Assembly (NCBI RefSeq): GCF_006345805.1
Contig: NC_043003.1
Location: 75,578,001-75,642,000 of the forward strand
Origin: Octopus sinensis
Lineage: Eukaryota
Length of the DNA stretch: 64,000 nt
Reading direction: 5' to 3'
Positions 13,340 through 27,530 of this stretch are shown here, piece after piece. The notes beneath the pieces were generated by a model. The model searched no databases. It saw only the letters and a program-made list of their open reading frames with translations, and was not told the origin of the DNA. A program made the position numbers and the translations under genes. Positions within the stretch are counted from its first letter, which is position 1. The number at the start of each line of letters is the position of its first letter.

Positions 13340-14215
13340 TATGCGTTGAGATATGGATATGCTGAAATCTCAAAAAGAATAATGGCTGTGTGAAAGGCAC
13401 TTTGTTCCAGACAGGATATATTCCAAAGGAAGATAAATAATTATGTATATGGCAAAGCCTTCAATCGCAAAGTCAGTTGCTGATGATCCTGTTTGTTCTT
13501 CGCCCATGTTAAAAAAGAAATATTAAAGGGCTGGGCTGGGACATTCGTTAGGACATAATGCTCAACAGCGGGTTCTGCTGGCTCCAGATTAGAGATTGTT
13601 ATGGAGAGTAGACCTCCAATATGTTTTGCATTTGAAGTAAGGGGACACATGAAGGAAAAGTGTCCCCAGAAACACGAGGTAGAAATAATAGAAACAGAAT
13701 TTCAAGAAGAGAGTACTGCTCTAAAGGAGGAAAAAATAGAGGAACAATTTACGGTGGGGAAAAGGAAAAAGAACTTAGAATCAGTACCCAAAAGCCCCAA
13801 GGAAAAAAAAAACAGCAAACCAAAAGAGGAAGAGAACAAGAAAGGAAAGAAGAAAATGGAAAATCATATGAAAAATCAAGTGACATTCGAACTTTGAAAC
13901 CGTTGCCTTCAACCAGTAAGGAAGAAGGAACACGATAGAAGAATGAAAACGAAAGAGACAGCGAATTTGAGACACAGAAAATTGTGTCAGACGAAGAGAG
14001 TGGTGAAAGATATCAGAGGAAGATAACTACAGGAAGGATTTTACGAAACCTCGTAGTATACGAAAAAAGTGTTGAAATCTAAAAGAGGGTAACAAAGATG
14101 AAAAATGTTATCTGAGTAAAATTGGCAAACATAGAAGGTAAGAAGGGTGTGCCGTTGGAGAGAGAAAGAGGGGAGAGATTAGTAGAACTGTTTGGAAACA
14201 AAAGAGTTGAAATAT
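13340..14215 (+). mobile_element. decayed LINE ORF1/gag-like remnant with a degenerate CCHC knuckle
   Basis: RPPICFAFEVRGHMKEKCP followed by a K/E-rich tract. Segment 13500-13612 recurs at about 19425-19538. Confidence 0.55.
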
Positions 14216-14764
14216 CACCACTTCAGTTTAAATACGACGAGTCGCCGCCTGTTGTAATTTTCGATGATATAGTACCATATTCGTTGTAATTTTGTGTTAA
14301 AAGAGACAAAAACAAAAAAAGATACATGACTGTAAAGTGAACTGTAATTTAAAAGAACAGTAAAATGAAACTGCTTGCTTGGTGTGGTGGGGCAGTAAGC
14401 CATTTCATCCTCATTTTTTATCATAGTCATTGTCCATTCAATATGTGTTTCATATGTATCCCAATGTCTTGTTTGTCTGTCCTTGTGGTGGCCCCTCTTT
14501 AGTAAGAGACATGTGCCTAAATAAAAGAAATCGAGCTAGCAGAATCTTTAGTAGGCCGGGTAAAATATGTAGCGGCATTTCGTCTTTTCGTACATTCAGA
14601 GCTCAAATTCCACCGTGGTCGACTTTCATTGTTTCAGAGTCGATAGTTTAAGTACTAGTGAAACACTGGGGGTGGATGCGATCGACTAGTCTCCTCCCCC
14701 TAATTTGAAGATTTGTACCATTAGGGGAAAGAATTTTATTATTGTTTATTTATTTATTCTTTTA

Positions 14765-16790
14765 ATTTTAATCTGCAGGATTGTTACAATCACTTGCCGA
14801 GAGACAACCAGCGTCCTGGAGCGAGTGAAGAATAAGATGTTACATTATAACTGAAATCTTGAGGAGCGGATGTGGCAGTATCAAAATATCTTCATAACAC
14901 ATACATTTAAGTGGTTAGGGTTTTTCCTAGGATGTAGCTAGTATTTGTCGGCACAATCTTTTGGATTTCTCTGAGACATGGTTCTACTGGAATCTTATCT
15001 AGATTTTATCATACCTACGGCAACTACACTGATGAGAATAGTTCTTGCTTTAAGATGACACATCTTTTGCATTTCAAATTCGAGGTCCTTCAATTTAATT
15101 AATTTGTCAAATTCCTTTACAGATATATATTTTATCAGTGTGAACACTTACTTATATCTATTACTCTACAAATATTTTCTTCCCTGTCATTAAATAATTA
15201 TGCCTGGTCGAATATCTTGGATATATATATATTGTACGCATGCTTTTACCTTGTGTCGCCAATATGAAACTTTCAGTCCTGAACTTCTCAGGAACAGATG
15301 GATTTTGGCTTGGTCTACATCAGCATTTCGATTTCGAAATATATACTGCGCATGGTGAGGCTTCTGGATCCACCTCTTCTCAATTCTTTCTGCCCGTTCT
15401 TTTTTGTAGTGTTCTTGAACTGTTTTGCTTGTGTTGTAGCAGTGGATTCAGTTTTTTTCATCTATTTTAGGGTTCATGTCAAGTTCCCTTGTGAATTTCT
15501 ATGTTTCCTTAACAAGAGAATGTAATTTTTGTTGCTTTTGAGTTTGCACACAAGCTGCAGCGTCCAGTCCTCTGAACTAGATGAGTACCTCTTTACTGCT
15601 ATTGCGGAGGTCTTCTAGCACTGCTTTACCTGCATCATTCCACTTCTCCCATTATCTCTAAGTAGTTAAAGACGATCATCATGTGCATTTGGGTGCTGCA
15701 TGTTCTTAGATGTTAATAGTTTTGTTGTCTTCTTTTCCAGGCGTTGGAAATCTATAATATTCCAGTTGATGACGTTAAAACTATATTGGACTACTAGAAG
15801 TGTCAGAGTGTTAAAAGATTCGATATAAATTTTGGAGTTCAGTCTTTATTATGTGTCATATTCTCCTGCAATTCCCTTTTCTTATTTTTCCTTCATAGAA
15901 GCATTTTGTTCGTTTGAGAGATGTATCAGTGTCATGCAAAAGAGTAACGGGGAGAAGGAGTCACCTGAAAATACCGCGTTTAACGTTCTGCTGTTCGATT
16001 GGCTAATCCCAATATTAAGGTTTAGAAGGAGACGTGCGTTGCACATGGCAATGCTAAATTGTGAGAATTTGAAGACGACAGTAGAGACCTTATATATTTC
16101 AAAGGCCTTGAGCAGCCAACTATGAGGGACACTATCAAACGATTTTCTGTTCGGTATCGACCACATACGCGGGTTCGAATACTTACGCTGGCAATTCTCT
16201 ACAATTATTTTAGATATGAACAATTGATCTTTGCACCCAACGGAATTCCTGTAACATACTTTTTCAGCCTCTGGAAGGATAGACTTCTGTTCAAGGAAAG
16301 CGTATATTCTGTCAGTTAATACAGATGTGAGGACCTTACATGTGGTGTTGAAACATGTTTCTGATTGGTATTTCTTTTTTTGAGTTGTTGTGTCTTCAGT
16401 TTTTGGTAGAAGGTATGTTGTTCCTTCAGTCAGCCAGGCAGATATTTACTCACGGTTCTGGATGATATCAGTTAGAGATGCAGCGAAATTGTGGTGTACT
16501 TCTGTCAAACAATTCAACTAGAAGATAGGTATTCGGTCCAGTCCTGGGTTTTTCCATTTGTGAGACTTCCTAAGAACACATCTTAACTATTCTATGTCTG
16601 TTGCCTCACACTTATGCTCCTCCAGTCTCACTTCCTCACGCTCTATCCAGTCAGCTTTAGCATTAAATCCTTTTTTGTTGCTTTATATTTTCTTTCGGAA
16701 CTCTTCCATTTCTTCAGTGGTTCCTTTACTTTTGCCAATTTCCCTTCAAAATTCCTTTCCATCCGTCTTGTAGATCTTGTTTTTTTGATA
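14765..16790 (-). mobile_element. decayed R4/Dong-type RLE LINE
   Basis: Minus-strand WKNPGLDRI, KSFDSVPHSWL, FSGDSFSPLLFC and DKLN*LKDLEFEM..HLKART. The 3' UTR matches 62110-62200. (TTA)n lies at the 5' side. Confidence 0.88.
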
Positions 16791-16793
16791 AAA

Positions 16794-16850
<57 letters not shown>

Positions 16851-18330
16851 GTTTTTCCTTCTTTCTTCATATTTTCTTCCGTTTCTCGCGGAGTGTTTTC
16901 CATACACCTAGGGCAGAGAAGGGCATTGTATGCATTCCCAGATTACACGCGCAAATTCACAGATAACATACGTATTTAAAAATGAATAAATAAATGAATT
17001 CATGGATGGATGTTATTTTCACAGCGATAGAGCTCTTCTCAGTACATGTGCCGTTCCAGTTAATACGATTTTTTGCACTTCCTGTAGGGATGGTAAGCCT
17101 GGAATCATTTTCAAATAGGTTTCAGTGCCTTTTTTTATCATTCCTAGAGATCCTACAATCACTGGTACTGTAGTCGCCTTGAGATGCCACAATTTTTCAA
17201 TTTCCATTAGCAGGTCTTGATATTTACTAATCTTGTCAAATTCTTTCGCCTCTATATTGTGATCACAGGGAATACTCATGTCAATTAATAAACACATCCT
17301 TTTTGTCTGATCTTTTATAACGATATCCGGTTTATTGGCTTTTATAGTCCCGTCGGTCTCCACGGGGAAGTCCCATAGAATCAACACATTTTCTCCCTCA
17401 GTCACAGCTTCAGGATGATGTTTATACCATTTGTCAGCGGTTTTGATTTTATAATGTCGACATATTGTCCAATGTAAATACTGGCCGACTCTGTCATGTC
17501 TTGCTTTATATTCTGCAGGTGCTAAGACTCTACACCCTGAGATTAGGTGGTCTATTGTTTCAATCTCATCGTTACAGAAACGGCATTTTGGATCAGCTCC
17601 ATTTTCCATCACATTGGCTTGGTAATTCCGGGTAAATAAGCTTTGGTCTTGAGCAGCTAATATGAATGATAAATTTTCTGTGTTGTTCAACAAACATGTG
17701 ATTTTCAAAATCTGTTTCGACATCATTTTCCGGGCTGTTTTTTCTAGGGTCATATTTTCCTTCTTCTTCAGGATCTTAAGTCGATTCGGCAGATGGTCGC
17801 CTTTCAGTTAATACTTGCGGCCCAACATTCCTCTCCCCAACTTCGTTATTTCTTTCCTGACTTGCATTTAGGTCATTCTCTACCACTTTTTAATAGAGGT
17901 TAATTCTGCATCTGTGAGTCTGGTATTTCTGAAGATATCTCTTCTAACATTTGCTAATCTGTTTTCATCCAGGTTTGGTCTGCTAGCTGGATTCCGGCTC
18001 CTCCAAATTCTGTAGGAGTTTGCGGTGTGTTTTTCTTGGGTTGGCCTACTTAATGCAAAGTAATAAGCATATATTATTTCTTTATATTCTTCCCAGTTCC
18101 ATTTAGTTCTTTTACTTTTTTGATTTTCTGGTCGTTGTGGTGGTGAACTTTGGGGGCTTAATTTGGGACAAATCCCGTTTAAGTGACCTTCCAGGTTCGT
18201 ATTCGGGGAAGATATTCTGCCATTTGAAAATTTTTCGCCATCAGGCTGGCACCCTCCTGACTGGCGCGCTTCCTTTGTACCCATTGGACAAGCGATTCTG
18301 TGTACTGTTAAAAAGTTTCTTTTCAAGTAA
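16851..18330 (-). mobile_element. internally deleted R4/Dong-type LINE (N-terminus joined to CCHC plus RLE; RT missing)
   Basis: 17019..17753 has CRFC..ETIDHLISGC, RHD, ILWDF, KPDIV and IDMSIP. 17880..18326 is homologous to the N-terminus of the 37066 ORF (KW..EEY..I..AY; NRLANVRR). The 3' end abuts (TTA)n. Confidence 0.9.
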
Positions 18331-18553
18331 AGTTGAATTATTATTCAGTTTTCATAATAAAAAATAAAAAAAAAATAAAATAAATAAAATATAAAAAATA
18401 ATAATAATAATAATAAAATTTTTAAAAAGTTTAAATAAAAGATTTAACCACTAATTTTCATATAGGGGCCTCATTTATCATCATTAGTAGCAGAAACTGC
18501 CCCAGTTATTGTAGCAGCAGCAATATCATTGTCAGCAGTTGGAGTGGCAGTGG

Positions 18554-18557
<4 letters not shown>

Positions 18558-18628
<71 letters not shown>

Positions 18629-18675
18629 CATTATTATTATTATAATCATTATTATTTTTATTATTATTATTATTG
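18558..18675. repeat. (TTA)n microsatellite
   Basis: Direct reading. Confidence 0.95.
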
Positions 18676-18879
18676 ATAAAAACTGCCAGAAAAGTCATAC
18701 ACCGCACAAAATTCTTTACGCTATTTTTCCTGTTTGAGCTCCGAGTCCAAATGTACTAAGTTTTACATTATATTTAGTATGAAATTGTCAAACCTTAATT
18801 CCAGTCGACGTACAAAAACTGCTAATCACAGATTGAAGCTGTGATATAATCTTTGCTTTAGAAACAGTTTCAATATTAC

Positions 18880-19275
18880 AAGATGAATGCAGTAAGATGG
18901 TAAAACCTTTAGACGCCGAACAAAATGTTAAGCTCCATTTTGTCTGCCAGCACGTTCTGAATTAATTCAAATCCCTTTGGTGTTGAGTTTGCGTTTCATC
19001 TCTTAGAGTTCGATAAAATCGCTGGTGTTGTGCCAAAATTTGAAACCAGTATTAAATCAAGAGGAATGCGGCGAACTCATAGAATCTTTAGCACACAAAA
19101 CAAACTGATTCGATGCATTTTATCTGTCTTCACGTTCTCCGTACAAATTGGGCCGAGATCGAATTCTACTTCTAACATTGCGAGGTCAATAAAGTAAACG
19201 CCAATCAAGAACTGGGATCGATGTAATCGACTTACTCAATCGTCCGAAATAGTAGGCCCTGTGCCAAATATTTGC
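18880..19275 (+). mobile_element. decayed SINE-like copies
   Basis: Shared blocks (CTTTCATC..GTCGATAAA..AGTACCAGT..ACTGGG.TCGATGTAATCGACT..GTGCCAAA) recur at about 14530-14730, 20270-20415, 22400-22525, 27560-27700, 36490-36670 and 56000-56340. Confidence 0.6.
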
Positions 19276-19924
19276 ATCAATACTGCAGCAAGACGCAAAC
19301 AACTTGATTGCTAGTATGAACCTTCTGAGAATATTTATGTTCATATATCAACAATGTCATCATCCAACGTCAGGTGCTGATGGTCCTGTTAGTACACATC
19401 AAGTGCTGATGATCCTGTTAGTTCAGCGCCCACGTTAAAAAAGAAATATTAACGGGTTGGGCTGGGAGATTTGTTAGGACATAATGCTCAACAGCGGGTT
19501 CTGCTGACTCCAGATTAAGGATTGTTGTGGAGGCTAGAGTTTGGAGTTTCATTTTTCATCATAATTTCTCTTTTGTCTGTTCCATCTTTCTTCACCTCGC
19601 GAGTTGATTTTGATAATCGTACACAACTTTTAGATTGAATATGCACTTCAAAACACATTTAAGACGTAACACTTTGTCCAAATTATGTGGGGCGTTCTGG
19701 AGATTTCTTTCATACTTATTTACTCTTTACTTGTATGTCTGTTTTCCGTCCTCTCTCTTTCTTTCCCTCCCACCTTGCTTGCTTCTTTCTGTCTTTCTTT
19801 TTCTCTCTTCAGTGTTGTAGTATGTGATCATAAATGACTTCTGCAAACGGCAAGTTATACATCCAGTAAAAAGGATTAAATAACACCGCCATTTCGCTAT
19901 TTATATATATATATATTTATATAC

Positions 19925-20200
19925 GGTGAAGAAATATAGCCTACTTTTGCAATCATGATTGTTAGGTCAAGGGTTCAATTCCCGTGACTGACTAGCGCGT
20001 TGTGTTCTTGATCAAAACAATTCATTACACATTGATCCCGTACGCTTAGCTGTAAATGGGTAAACCTGAGACGGAGTAGACATCCGATCATTGGCTTGCC
20101 CACTTAGTCAACGAGGTGGCATCTTTCGAAAGCTGAAACGAGACAAATCGCATTGTAACCAGCGATGTTTATCCGATAATGAAGATGATCACGTTATCAC
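19925..20200 (+). mobile_element. tRNA-derived SINE, decayed
   Basis: B-box-like GGTTCAATTCCC followed by GCGTTGTGTTCTTGA.CAAAACA, shared with 27277-27530. Confidence 0.6.
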
Positions 20201-21162
20201 GAAATATACGGTAGTTATGCGGTGAACTGGGAGAATCGTTACCTCACTGGAGGAAATGCTCAGAGGTATTTGCTCCGCATCTTCATACTGAGTTCAAATA
20301 TCGCCGAGGACAATTGTGCCTTTCATCCTTTCGGAGCCGATGAAATAATGTACCAATTGAGTACCAGAGTCGATGTAATCGACAAACCACTTTCCGCCAA
20401 AATTTGCGCCTATGGTAGAAAGAATGTTTATATACGGTAACTTCCCCCCCCCCACTTTTACAGAAGGAATAACATATTTCTTAATAGGTTCACATTCATT
20501 TTTACAAATGCATCCAATAAAATCCCACATTTTCTATTTTTGTTTTTGTTTTTTTTTTCTGAATACTCTCGCTTTCAGCATTCACGTCTTCTGTTAACAC
20601 TCAAAATTCAATGCAGCGATTTATGAACTTTCAGCTCAATAAATGCACATTTTTTTTATAGGCTGTCTACTGTGTACTATATCCATTCAAGTTATTTTTC
20701 TCAGACAAAACATTTATCTGCATGCGAGTGTGTTTACATTTACAGAGTAATGAATCAGAAAGCATTTATTTTGATATAGAGTAAAACTATGTTCCCATAA
20801 AGAAAGGATATGCTTTATTCTTATTTCTTAAAACGAGTTCGAAATTCGAAGACGTTCAAATCACAACTATCTCATTCAAATATAATATATTTGTCTCTTA
20901 TCGTTTTCTTGTCCTAGTCATTGAAGTCCGACCATGCTAGGTATGGCCTTGAAGGCCAACGCTACTGGTTTGATCGTATAATCTGGAGCGCTAATTTACG
21001 TGGACGTAAGCATACCAACTCTTGTAGTTGGACCGTGGTGGGAAACAAACACATACACAAAGACACGAAAACTTAAATATACACATACATACATGCATAC
21101 ATTCATGCATACATTCATACATAAACGTGTATATATATATACTCGCATATATATATATATAT

Positions 21163-21551
21163 CATGGCTCGGCTTCGCGAACGAAGATCAGGAAGGTTGT
21201 CCACGTCGCGTGCATGCACGCTCATCACTGACAAGTCCGATATAGGAAAGGCAGTTCCGTGAGCAGTGTCCACAAAGGAAGGTAACATCCGGTGTGGTGT
21301 CAGAAGCGGCTCGCGCCTTCCTCCTGCGTCTCTTGTATTTAAGTGCGTTTCTTCTTTGTTCCTCAGACTTGCCGACTGCGTTGAAGATCGTGAGGCGCCA
21401 GACATCACGGTCCGCAGCCGGGTCTGGCCAGCATTGGTGGCTAATTTGACATGCTGTTAGAGACTTCTTGAGGCAGTCTTTGTAGTGCTTCCTCGGAGCT
21501 CCTCTCACTCGGTGGCCGGTGGATTGGTCGCCAAACATGGCAATCTTTGGA
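21163..21551 (-). mobile_element. RTE-clade LINE 3' fragment between (TA)n tracts
   Basis: PKIAMFGD..GHRVRGAPRKHYKDCLKKSL..AADRDVWR..FLCGHCSRNCLSYIGL is a typical RTE/BovB-like C-terminus. Confidence 0.88.
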
Positions 21552-21561
21552 ATATATATGC

Positions 21562-21592
<31 letters not shown>

Positions 21593-22310
21593 TGTGTGTG
21601 TGTGTTTGTGTGTGTATACATATATATATTCATATATATATATAGATATATATATATTTCATTTTCTGTCTCTCAAATCCACACAAAATGCAATGGGTGA
21701 TCTTTGTTACTATATGAAATGAGATCTTGCAGATTACATAAACACAATATTGACATCATAACTGCAAATGTATCGAGATGATTACCAGTCAAACAATAGC
21801 ATATCAGAGACATAGGACACTTACTTATTTCACGTTCTTAAATATATAATAGGAAAAATATTTAAATAACAAACACAATGTGAAATGTCACGAGAAATAC
21901 ACTGGCGTTACATACTGAATTAACATAGATGCTGTGTGTTGATGAGAGACAAATAGCTTTAAAAACACAGTCGACATACAATTATAGACAACAATGATGT
22001 ATTTCCTATTCTAACAATGGCTATATTAATTATTTATGACAAAGAAGCACCGGAACCATAATATATGAAAATAAATTGTAACTATCAATGTCTGAATTTA
22101 TAGGTGTTACATTGTGAAATGAATGCGTGGAGATAAACAAGATTTCAAGACAGGTTGGTGTTCAGAATTCACAGAATGAGCGTGCACTCGCACATACATA
22201 CATACATACATACATACATACATACATACATACATACATACATACATACATACAAACATACATACAAACATACATGCACACACACACAAACTCTCTCTCA
22301 CACACACACA

Positions 22311-22363
<53 letters not shown>

Positions 22364-23106
22364 TTGATTCTTTATTGCCCACAACGGCTAAACATAGAGG
22401 GGACAAACAAGGACAGACAAAGAGAGTAAGTCGATGACATCGATCCCAGCGCTTAACTGGTACTTGTTTAATCGACCCCGAAAGAATGAAAGGCAAAGCT
22501 AACCTCGGTGGAATTTGAACTCACACATATATATATATTCACATAGAACTGGAAAGACTATATGGCAAGACTGGCTCTTTCAACTCTGGGCAAAGTCTGC
22601 CAATAGGTTACCCTTTGTATTTGACGACACACAGCAGAGTTATGGCAATACGACAAACAAAAAATGTAACGCAAAGAGAACGAAGACGAGTACTCATGAC
22701 AAGGTGAACGACTTAACCACCCTGGCATAACTGACCAAAGCCAAACACGTATAATGAAACAAACAAAGGCAAACACACATAGATGACCGCACACACCTTG
22801 TATACATACAACCGACAGTCTGGTGGAAAACAAAATCATACAAATAAATATATTCATATATATGCATGTATTGGTATACACACAGACACAGAGAGAGGAG
22901 AGAGAGAGAGGGAAAGATAGAGAAATTGGTGGAGAGAGAGAGTGCTAACACAAACAATATATAATATATGAGATAACACGGTTGAGCACATTCATATATA
23001 TGAACGGATTTGGCAGACAGGAGGAAATAAATTTCATCATGTAATAAAAAAAATGCTATTAACATACACAGACATAGACGCACTCATATGCACACAAACA
23101 CGCGTT

Positions 23107-23213
<107 letters not shown>

Positions 23214-23232
23214 TATATGTACACAAAGATTA

Positions 23233-23275
<43 letters not shown>

Positions 23276-24940
23276 TTCTGTGAGTCTGTGTGTGTATGTT
23301 TGTGTGTGTGTGTGCGTGTGTGTGTGTGTGTGCATGTATGTGTATGTCTACGTATATATACAATTAGTTGTAGTGAATGGAGAATAAATGCTCGCATAAA
23401 AATATGTATAAATATTCATATATAATAGCTTATACATGTGTACGCAGTTGCTGTACACATACCCACCCAATCACACACGCATACATATACACACTCACAC
23501 GAACGTACATATACAGGACATACACAAAGAAATTAAATAAAAGACGGACATATGGTATAGCGTTTTTTATTAATATTATCATCTAATGGTTTTCAATTAG
23601 GTTTGCGTTTGTTTTTTGTTTTTTGTTTTTTTTTACCTATTGCTTTATTTTCGTTTTACATTAAAATAGCATATATCTGTTTTACATTTATTCTTCTATT
23701 TAAATTTCAAACGTTTAGAATTAAATCGAATCACGACGGCATTTTATTTTCAAGTTATTGCTTCTTTATTTTAAGTCATATGTTTTTTTATATTTTATTT
23801 TCATTTCCAATTTAAACTAATCTGAATAGAAACAGATAGAGAAGCAACCACGCCGGTATATAAGTAAACGCACAAAATATTAATAATACCTGAATAATTT
23901 AGAAAGCAAAGAAACCAACCAACTACTTTGGTTGTGGAAGAAAATAGCCCGAGGATAGAAACCGTATCACATATTGTTAATTTTAAACTGGTAATAAGTC
24001 AAAATATGAACTTTCCTAACAATCTCGGCAGCAATGTACTATGAGTTTAGATAAAGACATATCCACACCTATGCTATGTTATTGTATTATTTCACTTCAA
24101 TGATAATTTATAGACCGAAATAATTACTCGGTTTCAAATTGCTGAATGTATTGTTGAATGTATTGTTCTAACTATCAGTTAAGATTCTGTTCATTATCAC
24201 ATATGTAAGTCTGCATATACATACATAGGTTCTTGTGTGTGTGTATTTGTGGTGGATGCGTGTGTCTGTGCTAGGATCACTGAATTATTAAGAATATGCT
24301 TCATAGGCTTAGAATCTGAGATAGATTCGGCTGCTTTGCCTCTTGAACAAATGTAATTTTCTGTAGACTTGGTTTCGGATCAGGCACTCCCCATGGGAAT
24401 TGGGTATTACTTTCTCGATGGACTGTATCACTAATTCAACGGTACCAATTTCTTATAAAATATGTCCCGAATTATATATGCTCCCTTGATTTCCATAATA
24501 TAACTATAGATTTCATATTAACCAAAACTATGCATTAGACAAGTCCCTTCGATGCTATTTTGTGTAAAAGCAACGTATTTCTGTCTGCCTGTTATACACC
24601 TCGCTGACTACAAAATTTTGTAGACAATGCATAATATGGAGAATAGACACTGTTAATGCATCAGTCATTTATTAAAACGAAGATGCTGTCAACAACATCT
24701 TATATAAGCAAAGCGGAACAACATGTATTTCTGTTCTCAATAATAATGCATAATACGTAGTTTGGGATTCTGTGACTTATTTAAATCCACGCATAGGATT
24801 TAAAACAACCGAATGATGCATATTTCATTACGATACCTCTTTCTGTATATTCTATACAAGTTATATTGTTTATATCAGTTAATTACATTATAACATTGTA
24901 TAAATCTATAGAAACTGCATGCAGAATAATAGAGCATAAA

Positions 24941-25682
24941 TACAGGGTGTTCCAGATAAATTTAACAGTTTGCCTAAAAAGAAAAGATAAGATAATACTC
25001 TATCCAAAATTATAAGTATTTTAAATAATAAATATGTATCAACTAAGGGATAACAGCATACTAAAAGTGACTTCTTTCAAATACCAACACAGTCTCAAAA
25101 CATACCTAGAACCTAGAACATGCGTTCTTCTCTGTGTCCATGAGAACACATTCTTGATCTTGGACACTGATGCGTGTTGGCGTTGATGTGTTTCTCAATC
25201 GCGTTCCACACATGTTAATTAGAATGCCAGAAATCGGGGCAGGTGACGACGTAGCAGTTCGCCGACAACCATTTCAGACTTTTTTTCCGCAGCTTTGCAT
25301 AGTTGTCTAGATTGATTATAAGGCACTGCTGAAAGACGCGGGGCGTGCAGACGCATTCAGAACATCCGATGCGCCCCTTCCTGCTGGCCACTTCTTTACT
25401 GTCTGCACTGCTTTACTGTCTCCATGTGACGTCTTACACACTTTGCAATATTCACAGATCATTGAACAGCAGTCATAGTGTCGCATTTTGATACCCGGCC
25501 CATCATGATCACAGCAGCCCTTTTTTCAATAGTTAGGTCGTTTCTAGTCACCTATGTCATTTAAGTTTTTCTCAGATACAACTTTAATTGTTATTCTCTC
25601 CAATGCCATTGACTATTCCCCAATACTAGAGCTCATGAAAAACACAACCTATAAAATTATCAAATTTAGACCGAACACTATA
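24941..25682 (-). mobile_element. degenerate Tc1/mariner-superfamily element with decayed TIRs
   Basis: TACAGGGTGTTCCAGATAAATTTAACAGTTT at left and AAAATTATCAAATTTAGACCGAACACTATA at right. Internal minus-strand PDFW..VWNAIEKH. Confidence 0.55.
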
Positions 25683-26344
25683 CAAAACACTATTCAAATA
25701 ACTCCTTAACATTTAACTAAGTACCTGCAAAGGACATAGTAACCCTTGACGGTTTATATGTTAGTGTATTGCTTCTTCATGTTGTGTGCGCTTTCGCATG
25801 TGTGTGTGTGTGCGTGTCTGCGTGTGTGCGTGTGTGCGTGTGTGCGTGTGTGTGTATCTGTGTGTGTACGTGTGTATACACACAGATTCAAGTCACATCT
25901 TGTCTGCAGAGAATAGATCATTGATGAGGTTGCGAATAGCAACGGAAGAATAAACGCCCGATTGCTTGCTTAACCAACACATTGAACAAACGATCGATTA
26001 CTTAGATGGTTAGATATTTAACCAATTGACTAACAAAAAAATAATGAAGCAGCGGGTCTGTTATTATTGGCGTACTGACTCTCCCATAACACAATCATAT
26101 ATACACACACTTACACACTTTCCAAAGTACTAGACCTCGAAACACGCAAACGTTGAGTTCCCTTGTGGAGTCTGCCAACATACTTCTCAGTTATTGGTTG
26201 CTTGGTTCAGACAAGTACTCAATCGAACAAGCGATATGTATCATTTGACGAATACATGTGTTATGCGTGAACTACAGGCTCTTCAATAGTACAACAATCG
26301 GACGAGGTTGTGCAGCCTATCGCGCGTATAATTCCGGTGTACAT

Positions 26345-26377
<33 letters not shown>

Positions 26378-26787
26378 ATGTATGTATATATGTATGTGTG
26401 TGTGTCTGTATGTGTGTGCGTGTGTATGTGTGTGAGTGTGTGAGTGTGTGTGTATGTATATGTATATATGTATGTGTGAATATATGTGTGTAACTCTGTG
26501 TGTGTGTGTATGTAAATATACATGAGCGTATACGTACATCTCTCTAATATATCTAGCTATTTGTGTGCATTTGTGCAGATATGTAGGAGTCGTACATATA
26601 TCTACTCAATTATCTATACATTTCCCATTTCATTCGAACATAAGATATTTAAGTTTCAAAGAATTTCTAATAACCATGCATCATTAACGGTATTTAATTA
26701 GGTGCAAACTAGAAACTACTTTTCTACTCATATACACGCACACACACAAACACATGTATGTATATATATATGTGTGTGTGTGTGTGT

Positions 26788-26830
<43 letters not shown>

Positions 26831-27203
26831 ATATGTATGTGTGTGTGTCTGTATGTGTGTGCGTGTGTATGTGTGTGAGTGTGTGAGTGTGTGTGTATGT
26901 ATATGTATATATGTATGTGTGAATATATGTGTGTAACTCTGTGTGTGTGTGTATGTAAATATACATGAGCGTATACGTACATCTCTCTAATATATCTAGC
27001 TATTTGTGTGCATTTGTGCAGATATGTAGGAGTCGTACATATATCTACTCAATTATCTATACATTTCCCATTTCATTCGAACATAAGATATTTAAGTTTC
27101 AAAGAATTTCTAATAACCATGCATCATTAACGGTATTTAATTAGGTGCAAACTAGAAACTACTTTTCTACTCATATACACGCACACACACAAACACATGT
27201 ATG

Positions 27204-27235
<32 letters not shown>

Positions 27236-27262
27236 GTGTGTGTGTGTGTGTGTGTGTGTGTG
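26345..27262. repeat. 443-bp direct tandem duplication bounded by (TA)n(GT)n
   Basis: CATGAGCGTATACG at 26521 and 26964; the unique cores look identical by eye. Confidence 0.92.
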
Positions 27263-27276
27263 TTGAGGTGAGTGTT

Positions 27277-27530
27277 GAGGCGAGTGGTTTAGTGGTTAGG
27301 GTGTCAGAACCGTGATCGTAAGATTGTGGTTTCTACTTCTGGACCGGGTGCAGCGTTGTGTTCTTGAGCAAAACACTTCCTTCCACGTTGCTCCAGTCCA
27401 CTCAGCTGGTAAGAATGAGTAACGCTGCGATGGACTGACGTCCCGTCCAGCGGGGGAGCACATACACTATAGAAACTGGGAAACCGAGACAATGAGCCTG
27501 GCTAGGCTTCAAAAAGGGCGCATTTATTGT
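27277..27530 (+). mobile_element. tRNA-derived SINE
   Basis: A-box-like TGGTTTAGTGG, B-box-like GGTTTCTACTTC, and a central GTGTTCTTGAGCAAAACACTT..CCACTCAGCTG block. Confidence 0.75.

Noticed and set aside
26130-26345. Additional hammerhead next to (TA)n
   Set aside because: Partial UUGACGA/UUGAAGA words without a matching GAAA and paired stems.
27277-27350. tRNA gene
   Set aside because: Decayed A/B boxes continue into a SINE body, and no complete cloverleaf is visible.
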